In this document: positions 13,617-27,290 of the stretch, piece by piece
Layout: every line of letters begins with the position of its first letter
Position numbering within the stretch: the stretch's first letter is position 1
Source: Octopus bimaculoides
Lineage: Eukaryota
NCBI RefSeq assembly: GCF_001194135.2
Contig: NC_068989.1
Location: 64,893,614 to 64,957,613, forward strand
Direction: 5' to 3'
Length of the DNA stretch: 64,000 bases
Notes under the pieces: model-generated
Told to the model about the DNA's origin: nothing
Database searches by the model: none
Seen by the model: the letters and a program-made list of their open reading frames with translations, nothing else
Translations under genes and position numbers: made by a program

Positions 13617-14482
13617 CCCACATACATGCATACATACATACATACATACATACATACATACATACATACATACACACATACACACATATATATATATATA
13701 TATATCTCATAGCAAAAGAGGAATGATTTATCTGGCTCTACCTACCAGATAATCCAATCGTCTATATATACTATATTTTTTTACGCCACACTTAAGGTTC
13801 CATTCATCTTTGGATACTATTGGTGTTGCGGATTACAAAGCAGTTAAGTTCCCTTCATTGATGCACTCTGTGCTATGATAATGGATTACTTAACTGTCTG
13901 ATTTGCGTCATTCTGTCTGGCTAATAATCGTGGCGTGTTTGATAAGCTTTGATNNNNNNNNNNNNNNNNNNNNNNNNNNNNNNNNNNNNNNNNNNNNNNN
14001 NNNNNNNNNNNNNNNNNNNNNNNNNNNNNNNNNNNNNNNNNNNNNNNNNNNNNNNNNNNNNNNNNNNNNNNNNNNNNNNNNNNNNNNNNNNNNNNNNNNN
14101 NNNNNNNNNNNNNNNNNNNNNNNNNNNNNNNNNNNNNNNNNNNNNNNNNNNNNNNNNNNNNNNNNNNNNNNNNTATATATATATATATATATATATGTTT
14201 ATATGTGTACATGTGTATACACTTGCATACCAACCCACGCTGACTTACACATACCTGTGCCCAGACGCATACACATAGAGATATTTATATATATATACAC
14301 ATTGCAACAATTATGAGTATATTCCAATAATTATGGGATTACAAACTTGTTGGGATTACTTATCGATTGAGTTGTATGGCTTTTTTGCTCTCTATACATA
14401 CATGTATGTGTGTATATACATATGTATATATATGCGCTAATGTGAGTGTGTGAGCATATGTATGTATATATATGTGCATATA

Positions 14483-14534
<52 letters not shown>

Positions 14535-14538
14535 TATG

Positions 14539-14582
<44 letters not shown>

Positions 14583-14584
14583 CA

Positions 14585-14627
<43 letters not shown>

Positions 14628-15384
14628 ATTACAGCAGTAACAATTGTAAGGACATTCCAATAATTATAGGATTAGAGGCCTATTGGTATTATCTATTAAT
14701 TCGGCTCTATGACTTCTTGCTTTCTAGTAGCATTGATAGAATGCCAGCGGATAAAAATACCGTCGTTTTGCTTCTTCAGACGTTAATACTCCAAAACCTC
14801 AAGTGAACATATTTTGTTAAATTTCTCTTAACGCGATCTCTGTAGCTGTGCAAATATTACGTGTAAAATAAATACTTTGTGTCTTTCTCTCATTCTGCTT
14901 CGCTTCTCTCTTTCGTTCGATAAAAATCTAAGTAGAATAACTTTGTATGTTGCCTAGAATTTTAAGATCTTATTTAGAAATTTTACTTGGAAAATATGGA
15001 TTTCGATTTTTGGCTGATAGCCATACAAACGGTAAGGTTTAGAGGCGACAAAATTTAATAATATTTTCCCGGTATTTTATTTTATTGATTCTGGAAGAAT
15101 CAAGATAATGAAGTAAAGTCTGATCTATATAATATAAACTAAAATTTGACTGAGGAGAGATATGAACTCAGAAAATACAGGCTCACAACTTAATACTGAA
15201 AAACATTTTGCCCGTCGCTATTATGATCTGCAATATATAACAACCTTTGCTATTTAAGATGTTAATTTCCTGTTGATATTTACAATGAATATTTACCATG
15301 CAACATAAATATGAATATCTATTTGTAACTTTGAGTGAAGTATTCGCGTCATTACTATCTCATCTTAATTCAATTGTCTTAGAT

Positions 15385-15593
15385 ATTATTGGTTCCAAGT
15401 TTTGTCACATGGCCAGCAATTTTCAGTTTAGGGGCTAAGTCGATCACATTGACCCCCACAGTTAAACTGCTGTTACTAATTTGATTTATAAGGCAAAAGT
15501 CGACCTCTGCGGAATTTGAACCCAGAACGTAAAGACGATGAAATGCCACCAAGCATTTTTCCCGGCGTACTAACAATTCTGCCAGCTCGCTGC
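15385..15593 (-). mobile_element. SINE family A copy
   Basis: gcaaaagtcgacctctgcggaatttgaacccagaacgtaaagacg...ctgccagctcgc. Confidence 0.75.
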
Positions 15594-18500
15594 TCGAGTC
15601 TTAGATATTATTGAATGCACTATTCTTTTAAGATGAAAAAATGCTGTTTAAGCGTAACTTAGCATCTATTTCTAGCAGGCTAAATGACGAGGTACACGTA
15701 GTAATTTTGCTTGATAATATCTGATAGTATGACAGAATTCAAATGAATGTTTCCACCTTTTATTAATTGAAGACATGTTTACACCGAAATATAGTCCGAT
15801 TCCGTTTATATAATACTTCTGCCCTTCCTTGTGCCTCAACTCTTCAAAGAGTTGTAGGGTTGCCATTCTGACAAACAGCGTGTCTTGGATATCTATAAAA
15901 GAGCGGAGCTGATTCCCCCACAAAGATGAAGATAGCCAATATTTCCGCAGATCGAAAAAGAAATCTTAAAAAAAAAGGGGAAATGGACCTTAGTGTGGGA
16001 TTTCTGCTTTATTTACAGATACATAAAAAATAAATGTTAAACTTGATTTTCTCCGAAATTTGAACTAAGAGTGAAAAGATTCGAAGAGAAAATTGCTTAG
16101 GTTGTATATTACGTCTCCGTAAATAAAACAGAGTAACACTATACAGGTATTCAGATAATAGAAAAGTGCTTTTTGCGTTGTTTTTTTAGTTTCTTTTAGA
16201 CTATACAGGAGCACCGCGACAGATTCCATCGATATATATATATCATGTTATATTTTTCTTTGTTTATGTTGTCCACTTCAGAAATTATTGGTCACACAGT
16301 TTGAATTTATCAAATAATGAGGCTTGATGATTGCTTTAGAGTGATTTATTATATCCATCATCAATAAATCTATACGCAGTTTTGCATTTCTTCGTCATTT
16401 TCAAGATATATATGTTTGCCAAGAATAAAAATCGTGACTAATCAATACACCTACAGTATTGATTTGCAGAATTTTTGTAAAAATGTATCCGTTAATATGA
16501 TATGAAACATATGTTTTAATATGAATTTCTCGATTTTTGTACAAAAACATTATAAAACATTCGTGATTATATTCGTGTTTATCATTTTTAGGCGATATCA
16601 AACGAGAACATATATTGTAAGGTATCGTTTTCATTAAATTCAATCTATTGCTAATGTATGTACTGTAGCTCTTAAATCATCATAGGTTTCATTTTCTAAA
16701 GAATATGCAACGTAAGACATATATCTTTTAATTTCCATGAGTTGGAACTTGAATAATGATTTAGTAATTTTCACTCTTTAAGCAGGGATTTTGTAGCCAT
16801 AAAATCGTCACCACATATTTTTCAAATAATAAACTTCTAAAAACCATACATTAGTAAAAACGTTATGCTGTGTTGAAAATCTAAAACATATGAAATCAAC
16901 TTACGCTCCATAGACATTTCTAAATGTAGACAGTGCTATTTTTATCAATATCAATTTCTAGTTACAACCAGTAAGTTTCATCTATATCTACGTCTTTTAT
17001 TTCATGAGCCACCTGCTTAAGATAGCATCGAAACTGCCCTCAAATCACACATAACTATTTAAAAAGAAAGTACAATTTGTGTCATGACGTCCTAGAAACA
17101 CTGTTCCAATAATATTCGAGAGGATCATGACCAGAATTTCGTTGGCTACGTTTGCTCTGTAAAGGCTCCCTTAGAACTAAACAAAAAAGGCAATAGAAAC
17201 TCGATTCCTTATTCGAGGAAGGACTATGGTTGACAAAGGCTCTGAGCACTCATCTTCCTCAGACAAGAAACAAACGCTTTCTCATTATTTAGTGTTGCTT
17301 TAACTAAGTCAGTCTTAGCTCGTTTTATATATTTTTTATTTTCAGTTCCTATAATAGATTCTTTCGGCATTCATTATACGTACGCTTTCATCATATATTA
17401 GTATAAAACTTCAATATTTATACATTCATTTTTTCATCATCCATTTATATGACATGTCCACTCTACAATCTATGCGAATATTCACATTATTTTAATGTCT
17501 CTTCCTTTATACATATTTATATCTTACTACTTTGATTTTAAAACAGACATATTCACGCAAGGAGACACATACACAAAACCACACACACTCACACCGCACC
17601 TGTGCACGCGCGCGTACCTAATCATTGTGTTATATATATATATATTCTTATTTATGCTGAGGGTCAAAAACATAAAGCACAGATATATGACATTTGTGTT
17701 TTGTTAGAAGTGTTTGGAATCTAATATATATTGATATATGAGAGAGAAAGATAGAGAAAGAGAGAGAACACAGCGTGAAGCGAGGTTTGAGATAGCCAGT
17801 TCATTGTATACCTCAACAGATTTGAAAGTAATAAGATATCTCCAGACTGTACACATAATACAGATCGTATTCAAAGATAAGCTTTCGAAGATAACAGCTG
17901 TCATGCACGAAGGGTGGACAAATTTGAAATTATCAAGGAAGAATTTGTAAATGCATCGGTGATTCGAAATTAGTTCGTTTTTCTTTACTATTGGGTTTCA
18001 ATACTGGATGATGTAGAGTTTCTCTATGAATCAGAGACGATATGATTTTACCTCATTCTTAAATGTCTGTGCTTTATCTAATAAAGGCAGTCAGATATAA
18101 GTAGATCTCTCATCTATCTCAGGTTTTCCAAATATGCTTTCAAAAGGCTGTAATATTTCTCTGGTTGCAACGACAGAAGGAGATTGTTTGCTGGCGGAAT
18201 TAATCTCAAATGAGCGGTCTGTAATACCTATGTAACTTGTTGATGTATTGTTTATGGAAAATCAACCTGGCTTACAATGATTTCTCTTCTATATTCTCCA
18301 TTGAGTATGGAAAGCTTTATGTTTCAGCAATGGAAGGCCAGCTACCTTTCCTCTGTGTTTCGTTGAAGCCGTTGAACTCCATGGTATCTGATATGTTTCC
18401 GGCTCGCCTTAGCTCACCTTAATGCTTGAATTAGTAGTCGTTTGGCAAATATTTAATGATTAGAAAGAAAAAATAGCCTAAAACGCCGAATATTCATCCC

Positions 18501-18817
18501 AATATTGTAAGATACATCAATTTTTCTTTGAGTCTTCGGGTGATTGCCAAAGACTTACGACTTACAATGATCAGGGGAGTTGGGAAAGAAAGCGAGCTTA
18601 GAGATTCGTTGTTGTGATTTCTGTGAACTGGCAAAGAGGTGATGAAGGGTGATTGTAGTATGGACAGGCGTATCGCGTACTGTGAAAAAGGGTTGACTGG
18701 CAAAGTCGTACTTCTTGATTAGGGAATGCAAATAGAGGGTGGGGTTATAAGGTAATCATGTATATATGTATACATACATATCTATATATCAACATACATT
18801 ACTGGATATATAAATCC

Positions 18818-18894
<77 letters not shown>

Positions 18895-19087
18895 CATCCA
18901 TCCATCCATCCATCCATCCATCCATCCATCCGTACTTACATATATTCATACGTACGTACATACATACATATATACATACATGCATGCATACATACGTACG
19001 TACATACATAGCGGAATGCCCCAGTGAAAACTTCAATAAAATGTAAACGCAATAGAGCTGATATAATAATTTGGGATAGAAAAAAGA

Positions 19088-19192
19088 AACTGGCTTGCAA
19101 AGAATAAGTCCTGCGGTCGATTTGTTCGACTAAAGGCAGTGCTCCAGCATTGTCGCAGTCGAATTATTGAAATAAGTAAAAGAGTAAAAGAT
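19088..19192 (+). mobile_element. Family B 3' end
   Basis: aaagaataagtcctgcggtcgatttgttcgactaaaggcagtgctccagc...aagtaaaagagtaaaag. Confidence 0.75.
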
Positions 19193-19951
19193 TATACATA
19201 CATACATACATACGTACACACAAGAATACCCTGTTGCTGATGTTGAAATTCCAATGAAGGTGCCTTGAATCTGGATTAGAAACCGGAACTTTTTGTATTG
19301 GTAAGTTATCTTGAAATGAAACTGAATAACGACATACATACATGTAGATGCATACATATATACATACATACATACATACATACATACAAACACACACACG
19401 CACGCACGCACACTCACGCATACACACATCAGTGATGCTTGTTAGGCAGCAAAACAGTTACCTTTGCTAAATTTGAGGTTAAATTTCGGTTTAAAAGACA
19501 ATTATCATTTTAAGACAATCATCATTAAATTATAAAAGAATATAAAGTACAGATCCAACTGGCCAATCACCAGTTAAGTACTGTCATAAGTAGCATTACT
19601 AGTAACGTTAAGTAACATAATGTTTGGCATTAAATGTTACATACAGAACGTTAAATGAAAGAATCAATCCACTTATAAACTGCTGTCAACTTGCTTTGTT
19701 CACTGTTACATATTATTAGTTCGTGTTATTGCGTGGTAAACCAACACTACTTCACCTTTAACTTTGGCACAAAATTTATCGGTTATATGATGAGATTATT
19801 TAGCGAAATGCTGATATTCATCTCGTGAAATATTCGACATGAATACTGAATTTCTGCAGAAGTTTTAAAGCAGCTGTTTGATGCTTCTTTCTTATTTGTG
19901 TGTGCATGTGTGTATATATACACACATGCACACACAGACTCACACTCACAC

Positions 19952-20013
<62 letters not shown>

Positions 20014-20469
20014 ATTTTAGAGAATGTTCTTGATAAGGGTTCATAGAGCAGAGTCGAAAAATAATAGCTACTTACAGAGGAAGAGCGGTTCGGAGAATTA
20101 GTGACGATAAGGTGACTAGGACTGTCGAATTTGTAGATCTCAAAAGGAAAATTGTAGTCGGAGACCTTACTTATGTTGCTGATAGCAGCCGGGGATGGAT
20201 TAAACTTAGAGAAGATGATTTCGTCATGTAGGATTGGGAGCACATAACTGATTGTGGCCGGTGACGTCTTTAAGTAACTTTAAAACATAGGGTTGTTCAA
20301 TTGGTGGAGTGTTACAGGCTTGTAGTGGCAGGCTCGCCAGACCACCACTGCAGCCCTCTTGTCAGCCGATTATGGAGTTCTCAAAGAACGTCAGCTTCCA
20401 AAGTTTGAAGGCTTAATCTCTTATGCTGTTTACTTTGTTTAATTACAAAAGCTTAAATATTATTTTCAA

Positions 20470-20670
20470 GTTTGGTTTCAAATTTTGATGAGTTGGTGTA
20501 GTCTTTTACATCGATCTCAATGTTCAACGAGTACTTTTTCTTTATCGACTGCAAAAGAAATGAAAGACAAATTCCACCTTGCCGGAATTTTGAACACAGA
20601 ATGCAAAAACGGATGAAATGCCACTAAGTATTTAGCTCGGCGTGTTAAGGATTATGTCAGCTCGCTGCCT
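20470..20670 (-). mobile_element. Degenerate SINE family A copy
   Basis: gaaatgaaagacaaattccaccttgccggaattttgaacacagaatgcaaaaacggatgaaatgcc. Confidence 0.6.
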
Positions 20671-20789
20671 TACAAAAGCTTTAATATTAGCCGGTCAGCA
20701 GAATGGTATGAATCTTTGACCAAAACGGTAATGATTTTGGAGGATGATAAAAATCATACGCATATGTAAACACAAATACATATATACAT

Positions 20790-21090
20790 ACATGCATAAA
20801 CATATATCATTGTATGGATCAGACTCTCGGATGTTATACACCGCTGATCACAATGCCCTTCCTCGCATTGACGTGGGTTTCGAATGATACCACCTCGCTG
20901 CTAATGCGTGCTAGCTAAGTGCACTCAGAAACAGAAGGCTGCTCCAGTCCACTTATAATTTACAGGTAAGTAAACCGGATCAAAGTGAAACGGCGTGTTT
21001 TGCTCAAGAACACAACGCCCCTCCAGTCTGGATATCGAAACCACAATCTTACGATTGTGATTGCAACACACTAAGCATTAAGCTGCGTGG
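20790..21090 (-). mobile_element. Degenerate tRNA-derived SINE related to family C
   Basis: The plus strand tgctcaagaacacaacgccc...gatatcgaaaccacaatc...acactaagcattaagc parallels the head of the 13530-13616 copy. Confidence 0.5.
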
Positions 21091-21225
21091 CAAGTGGTGT
21101 CGTGTGCATGCACACACTCATACACACATGTATACATATATATATAAATATATCTATATATATCTTTAAAATTATGTATGTGCAGCATGTGTATATATTG
21201 CTGTATATGTTGTTGTATATGTATG

Positions 21226-21257
<32 letters not shown>

Positions 21258-23005
21258 CATGTATGTACGCACGTATGCTGTATATATATATATATATANN
21301 NNNNNNNNNNNNNNNNNNNNNNNNNNNNNNNNNNNNNNNNNNNNNNNNNNNNNNNNNNNNNNNNNNNNNNNNNNNATATATTTATGTATATATATGCGTG
21401 GATTTGTGTCTATGTGTATGAGTGTGTGTGAAAACAGAAAAAGTAAACTTCAAACCTTCTGTAAACATATGCATATGAGTATAAATATATCTCTTTAAAA
21501 TATATCATACCATATTTACACATGTATACAATAATGTCGAAATGAGATTGAAAATACAAGAATGTATAACGCTTTGTTCTCCAAAAACTAAAAAAAATAT
21601 ATTGTAGGAAAATATTATCTGAAAATTGAATATGTTGTTACACTAAACCTATGTTAGATTGCTCAAATGTTTTATGATCTGAAATTAAAAATAGATTATA
21701 TTTGTTTTGTATAGAGAAATATACCACTAGGTTTTCCTTCATATTTTCTCTCTTTTTTTCTCTCTCTCTTTTTCTCTCTTTCTATATGAAAACATTCTTG
21801 AAGTGTGCCTTGGGAGTGGTCGATGACACACCATTATTCTTCGATATTAAAATTACAACTCTGAGCTTACCTTCGGCTGAGTAAACACTAAACTCAATAT
21901 CGATAGTTTCAACACTCTTGAAAATATCAGAACCCTCCGGGCAAGCATACAATGAATGAGATCACCCAACTGAAAACCAATTTCAATCTGTCTTGTTTCA
22001 CAAAGGAGGTAAAAAATGACATTGAATGTATGCAGCATAAAAAAAAAAAAAAAGAACTCAACAAGCATAGATTATAATTGTTCTACAATCGAACTATTCC
22101 TTTCTTTAGATAAATACCGATGTTTAGATTTAGTTTCTATGTATAGGAAAAATTAGTTATATTTATATCATATATGTTGTAAGTCCATATGCTGCAGTAT
22201 TCTTCCTAAGGTTTTAATACTATAACAAAGAAATACATTTGTAAATAATGTAATTCTCAGAAATGGTTCTGGCAGTAAGAGAGCAAATGTGCGCCATGAT
22301 TTAATATTCTTCTTCTGATGGTCTTCGTACGAAACTATGTAATTTCCTTTTCTTAAAGGAAAGCATTAAGCCTGGAATCCTTTCTTTGTATCAAAAGCAT
22401 AACCACATCATTATAAATATGTTATGTTTTACGCATTCTTATATATTCAACTGAAGCAAAACCATTTCAATTTGAGTAACTAAAGCCATTATGGCTTAGA
22501 TAAATATAACACTATTTCTAATAACATTTTTCTCTGATTTCAATGTTGAATTTACACACAACATAAAAGAAAATTGTTTCACTAGAGTTAAAATATTTTC
22601 GTTTTACTTATCTGTTTATACATTTACTTCTTCCATTGTATGTTGTGGAATCTTTAAATCTGTTCTTGTTCATCAAGTACTTATGTGTTGGTTTTGATTG
22701 GAATTGTCTTTACGTGGAATAGAATCGTTTCAGGCTACTCCGTCAAAATGGTTACTTAAATGACAAATCATGGTGCCTTCACTATTCGAATACAAGTGGT
22801 TTATTTCAAATCAATACTACAATATTTAAATAATCTCTCGGTTGAAACGATTATTTCTTTTTGTCGTTTCCATACTATTAAGTGATATTTTTTATTTTGC
22901 TAAAATACAAAAGAATTGCTTCCAGTTTATTAAAAAATATCCTTTACAATGAAATGCCCAAAAATTTCATTGCATTTCTGCGTCCTGCTTACTAACTCAT
23001 ATATA

Positions 23006-23229
23006 TACTCTTTACTCTCTCTTTTACTTGTTTCTGTCATTTGACTGCGGCCATGCTGGAGCACCGCCTTTAGTCGAGCAAATCGACCCCAGGACTTATT
23101 CTTTGGCAGCCTAGTACTTATTCTATCCGATCCTTTTGCCGAACCGCTAAGTTACGGGGACGTAAACACACCACCATCAGTTGTCAAGCGATGTTGGTGG
23201 TGGGGGGGAGCACAAACACAGACACACAA

Positions 23230-23272
<43 letters not shown>

Positions 23273-24245
23273 NNNNNNNNNNNNNNNNNNNNNNNNNNNN
23301 NNNNNNNNNNNNNNNNNNNNNNNNNNNNNNNNNNNNNNNNNNNNNNNNNNNNNNNNNNNNNNNNNNNNNNNNNNNNNNNNNNNNNNNNNNNNNNNNNNNN
23401 NNNNNNNNNNNNNNNNNNNNNNNNNNNNNNNNNNNNNNNNNNNNNNNNNNNNNNNNNNNNNNNNNNNNNNNNNNNNNNNNNNNNNNNNNNNNNNNNNNNN
23501 NNNNNNNNNNNNNNNNNNNNNNNNNNNNNNNNNNNNNNNNNNNNNNNNNNNNNNNNNNNNNNNNNNNNNNNNNNNNNNNNNNNNNNNNNNNNNNNNNNNN
23601 NNNNNNNNNNNNNNNNNNNNNNNNNNNNNNNNNNNNNNNNNNNNNNNNNNNNNNNNNNNNNNNNNNNNNNNNNNNNNNNNNNNNNNNNNNNNNNNNNNNN
23701 NNNNNNNNNNNNNNNNNNNNNNNNNNNNNNNNNNNNNNNNNNNNNNNNNNNNNNNNNNNNNNNNNNNNNNNNNNNNNNNNNNNNNNNNNNNNNNNNNNNN
23801 NNNNNNNNNNNNNNNNNNNNNNNNNNNNNNNNNNNNNNNNNNNNNNNNNNNNNNNNNNNNNNNNNNNNNNNNNNNNNNNNNNNNNNNNNNNNNNNNNNNN
23901 NNNNNNNNNNNNNNNNNNNNNNNNNNNNNNNNNNNNNNNNNNNNNNNNNNNNNNNNNNNNNNNNNNNNNNNNNNNNNNNNNNNNNNNNNNNNNNNNNNNN
24001 NNNNNNNNNNNNNNNNNNNNNNNNNNNNNNNNNNNNNNNNNNNNNNNNNNNNNNNNNNNNNNNNNNNNNNNNNNNNNNNNNNNNNNNNNNNNNNNNNNNN
24101 NNNNNNNNNNNNNNNNNNNNNNNNNNNNNNNNNNNNNNNNNNNNNNNNNNNNNNNNNNNNNNNNNNNNNNNNNNNNNNNNNNNNNNNNNNNNNNNNNNNN
24201 NNNNNNNNNNNNNNNNNNNNNNNNNNNNNNNNNNNNNNNNNNNNN

Positions 24246-24280
<35 letters not shown>

Positions 24281-24467
24281 TGTATATGTATATATATATA
24301 TCCATATATACGACGGGCTTCTTTCAGTTTCCGTCTATCAAATCCACTCATAAGGCTCTGGTCGGCCCGAGGCTATAGTAGAAGACACTTGCCCAAGGTG
24401 CCATGAAGTGGGAATGAACCCAGAACCATGTGGTTGGTAGGCAAGCTACTTTCCACACAGCCACTCC
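23006..24467 (-). mobile_element. Full-length family B SINE whose internal (TA)n/(TG)n is an approximately 970-N gap
   Basis: The head and CORE-like CCTTGGGCAAGTG segment lie at 24310-24467 and the 3' module at 23006-23235, in the same orientation and order as 25398-25777. Confidence 0.85.
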
Positions 24468-24853
24468 TTTGGAAAGTACCTTTAAATTAAGAATATGTCT
24501 GAACTACCAAGAGCAGATATCTTCACTCAGCTGGGCTGGGTTGTCTGCACACACGGCAGGAATATCAGTTGCAAACACTCCTGCATAGAGTTTTGATATT
24601 CAGTATTCAATTAATATTGTTTGAGTGTGCGATTATACCGACCTGACAAGGCGCCTCAATTTAAGTACCCAGTTCAACGGAATCTTATTAATATNNNNNN
24701 NNNNNNNNNNNNNNNNNNNNNNNNNNNNNNNNNNNNNNNNNNNNNNNNNNNNNNNNNNNNNNNNNNNNNNNNNNNNNNNNNNNNNNNNNNNNNNNNNNNN
24801 NNNNNNNNNNNNNNNNNNNNNNNNNNNNNNNNNNNNNATATATATATATATAT

Positions 24854-24890
<37 letters not shown>

Positions 24891-25024
24891 TCCGCAACAC
24901 ATTTATATATACATGTATAAATATCTATATATTTATCTGTGTATATAGACATATATACACACATACATATGTATATGTGTGTGTATACACATATATGAGT
25001 ATATACGCACACACACACTTATGT

Positions 25025-25150
25025 ACGGCATGCTTCTTTCAGTTTCTGTCTACGAAATCCACTCACAACGCTTTGGTCGGCCCGTTGCTATAGTAGAGGA
25101 GACTTACCCGATATGTCACGACTGAATACGGAACATATGTAGTTGGAAAG
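25025..25150 (-). mobile_element. Degenerate family B head/core
   Basis: cttctttcagtttctgtctacgaaatccactcacaacgctttggtcggccc. Confidence 0.65.
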
Positions 25151-25397
25151 CAATCTTCTTTTTTATCATACAGTCATGCCTATGCCAGTGAATAGTAATG
25201 ATACTTTGTTGTCATTTAAAATAATTTTGAAATGCAAGACAATCAATGTAATAACAATGATGGTCATTATGTTTATAGTCAAGTATTTGATCTTTCAGTC
25301 TCAATCGAAATCGGCATTAACAGCATAGTGTATCTGCATGGACCGGAGAGTATAACTGATGAACATTGAGTTCAGAAATGTTTAATATGTACAGTAT

Positions 25398-25777
25398 AGG
25401 CGCAGGAATGGCTGTGTGGTAAGTAGCTCGCTTACCAACCACATGGTTCCGGGTTCATTCCCACTGCGTGGCACCTTGGGTGTCTTCTACAATAGCCTCG
25501 GGCCGACCAAAGCCTTGTGAGTGGATTTGGTAGACGGAAACTGAAGGAAGCCCCTCGTATATACGTATATATATATATNNNNNNNNNNTCCCCAACGTCG
25601 CTTGACAACCGATGCTGGTGTTTACATCTCCGTAACTTAGCGGTTCGGCAAAACAGACCGATAGAATAAGTACTAGGCATCCAAAGAATAAGCCCTGGCG
25701 TCGATTTGCTCGACTAAAGGCGGTGCTCCAGCATGGCCACAGTCAAATGACTGAAACAAGTAAAAGACTAAAGAGTA
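25398..25777 (+). mobile_element. Full-length tRNA/CORE-like SINE (family B, probably octopus OR-type) with an internal microsatellite
   Basis: Head GGCGCAGGAATGGCTGTGTGG...GGTTCATTCCC, core ...GGCACCTTGGG..., internal (TA)n at a 10-N gap, and a tail ending ...gaaacaagtaaaagactaaagagta. Confidence 0.85.
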
Positions 25778-26299
25778 TATTTTCAATATTTATCTATGGT
25801 CTCTTATACGCAATAGAAATATATTTTAAGTCCTGAAAATATATCGTTGCTTGCTGGTCAGTGTTGGAGAAAAACAATGTAATTTCTTCGTGTCTTCCAC
25901 AGCAACAGAAACCACGTTCAGGTATCCGTGTTGACGGATAGTAACATTCGTTGACAGCTAACAAACCACGGTGTTTCAGGGATAATTTGCTTTCATATAA
26001 AAATGAGCATTATTCTACATCTCTAGACTTGACGCTTAATTGAGTGCAAAAAAACCTCATTATCGCTCAACTATAATAACACAACATTTGTTATCTAACA
26101 GCTGCTCTTCAATTTAGTTATGTTGATTGATTTAACGGCTGAGTTAGAAACATCATTTGTCATTTAACAGAAGTACTTATGTTTCTTGACACACACTCTC
26201 GCTTAAAAGCCGATACATTATTCACACAAATATTACATAAAAAATAGGCCTATTTATGGTTGTATCAGATCATCAATGCAATATATATATATAGGAGTG

Positions 26300-26610
26300 G
26301 CTGTGTTATTTCTTTTATTACCCACAAGAGGCTACACACAGAGGGGACAAACAAGAACAGAGAAACGGATTAAGTCGATTATATCGACCTCAGTGCGTAA
26401 CTGGTACTTATTTAATCGACCCCGAAAGGATGAAAGGCAAAGTCGGCCTCGGCGGAATTTGAACTCAGNNNNNNNNNNCTTATTTAATCGACCCCGAAAG
26501 GATGAAAGGCAAAGTCGGCCTCGGCGGAATTTGAACTCAGAACGTAGCAGCAGACGAAATACCGCTAAGCATTTTGCCCGGTGGGCTAATGTTTCTGCCA
26601 GCTCGCCGCC
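26300..26610 (-). mobile_element. SINE family A copy (variant 3' part; 62 bp duplicated across a 10-N gap)
   Basis: Same cccgaaaggatgaaaggcaaagtcggcctcggcggaatttgaactcag motif. The head ends at ...gccagctcgccgcc (26610). Confidence 0.85.
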
Positions 26611-26625
26611 TTGTAGCTGTTGTAA

Positions 26626-26929
26626 GTGTGGTAAGTGGCTGTGTGGTAAGTAGCATGCTTACGAACCACATGGTTCCGGGTTCATTCTCACTGAATGGCA
26701 CCTTGGGAAAGTGTCTTCTACTATACCCTTGGGCCGACCAAAGCCTTGTGAGTGGATTTGGTAGAAGGAAACTGAAAGAACCTCGTCGTATATATGTATA
26801 TATATATGTGTGTATATGTTTGTGTGTCTGTATTTGTCCCTCCAACATCGCTTGACAACCGATGGTGGTGTGTTTACGTCCCCGTAACTTAGCGGTTCGG
26901 CAAAAGAGACCGATAAAATAAGTACTAGG
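26626..26929 (+). mobile_element. Family B SINE, 3'-truncated at the mariner remnant
   Basis: Head, core, short internal microsatellite and 3' module up to ...ataagtactagg. Confidence 0.85.
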
Positions 26930-26944
26930 ATATTCGGCAAAAGT

Positions 26945-27290
26945 GGCCGGATCTGTGGAGCGCAAAAAGTTGGATTCTTCACGACGGCAATGCATACTGT
27001 CACCGATCTCTCCTCACACGTGATTTTCTCGCAAAAAGATACAGAGCTTCGCTTCCGCGCCCTCTCTATTCGCCAGAGTTAGCACCTGTGGACTTTCATC
27101 TCTTCCTCAAGATAAAAATGCTGCTCATAGGGCACAGTATTAGCACCGTTATCCAGATCCAGAGCGAATCACAGAGTCCTCGATTTGCTTTACAGAAAAC
27201 GATTCCAAAAGTGGCAGGAACGCTAAAGTGTGTGGGGGGGGGGTCACTGGAACCGGTGTATTGCTGCACGAGGTAACTATTTTGGAGATG
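26945..27290 (+). mobile_element. Degraded mariner (DD34D) transposase C-terminus
   Basis: PDLWSAKSWILHDGNAYCHRSLLTRDFLAK...PLYSPELAPVDFHLFLKIK (cf. WILHHDNA; YSPDLAPCDF), then frameshifted QKWQER and HWNRCIAARGNYFGD. Confidence 0.85.

Noticed and set aside
15672-15960. ~95-codon minus-strand open frame behind a poly-T acceptor (…AEILAIFIFVGNQLRSF…)
   Set aside because: No KCNH or other recognisable motif and only a weak donor. A few frames this long are expected by chance in 64 kb.
20010-20243. 77-aa minus ORF vaguely like a retroelement RT C-terminus
   Set aside because: No diagnostic motif could be matched.
26407-26540. Exact 62-bp direct repeat around a 10-N gap
   Set aside because: Typical contig-overlap scaffolding artefact inside a SINE, not a real duplication.
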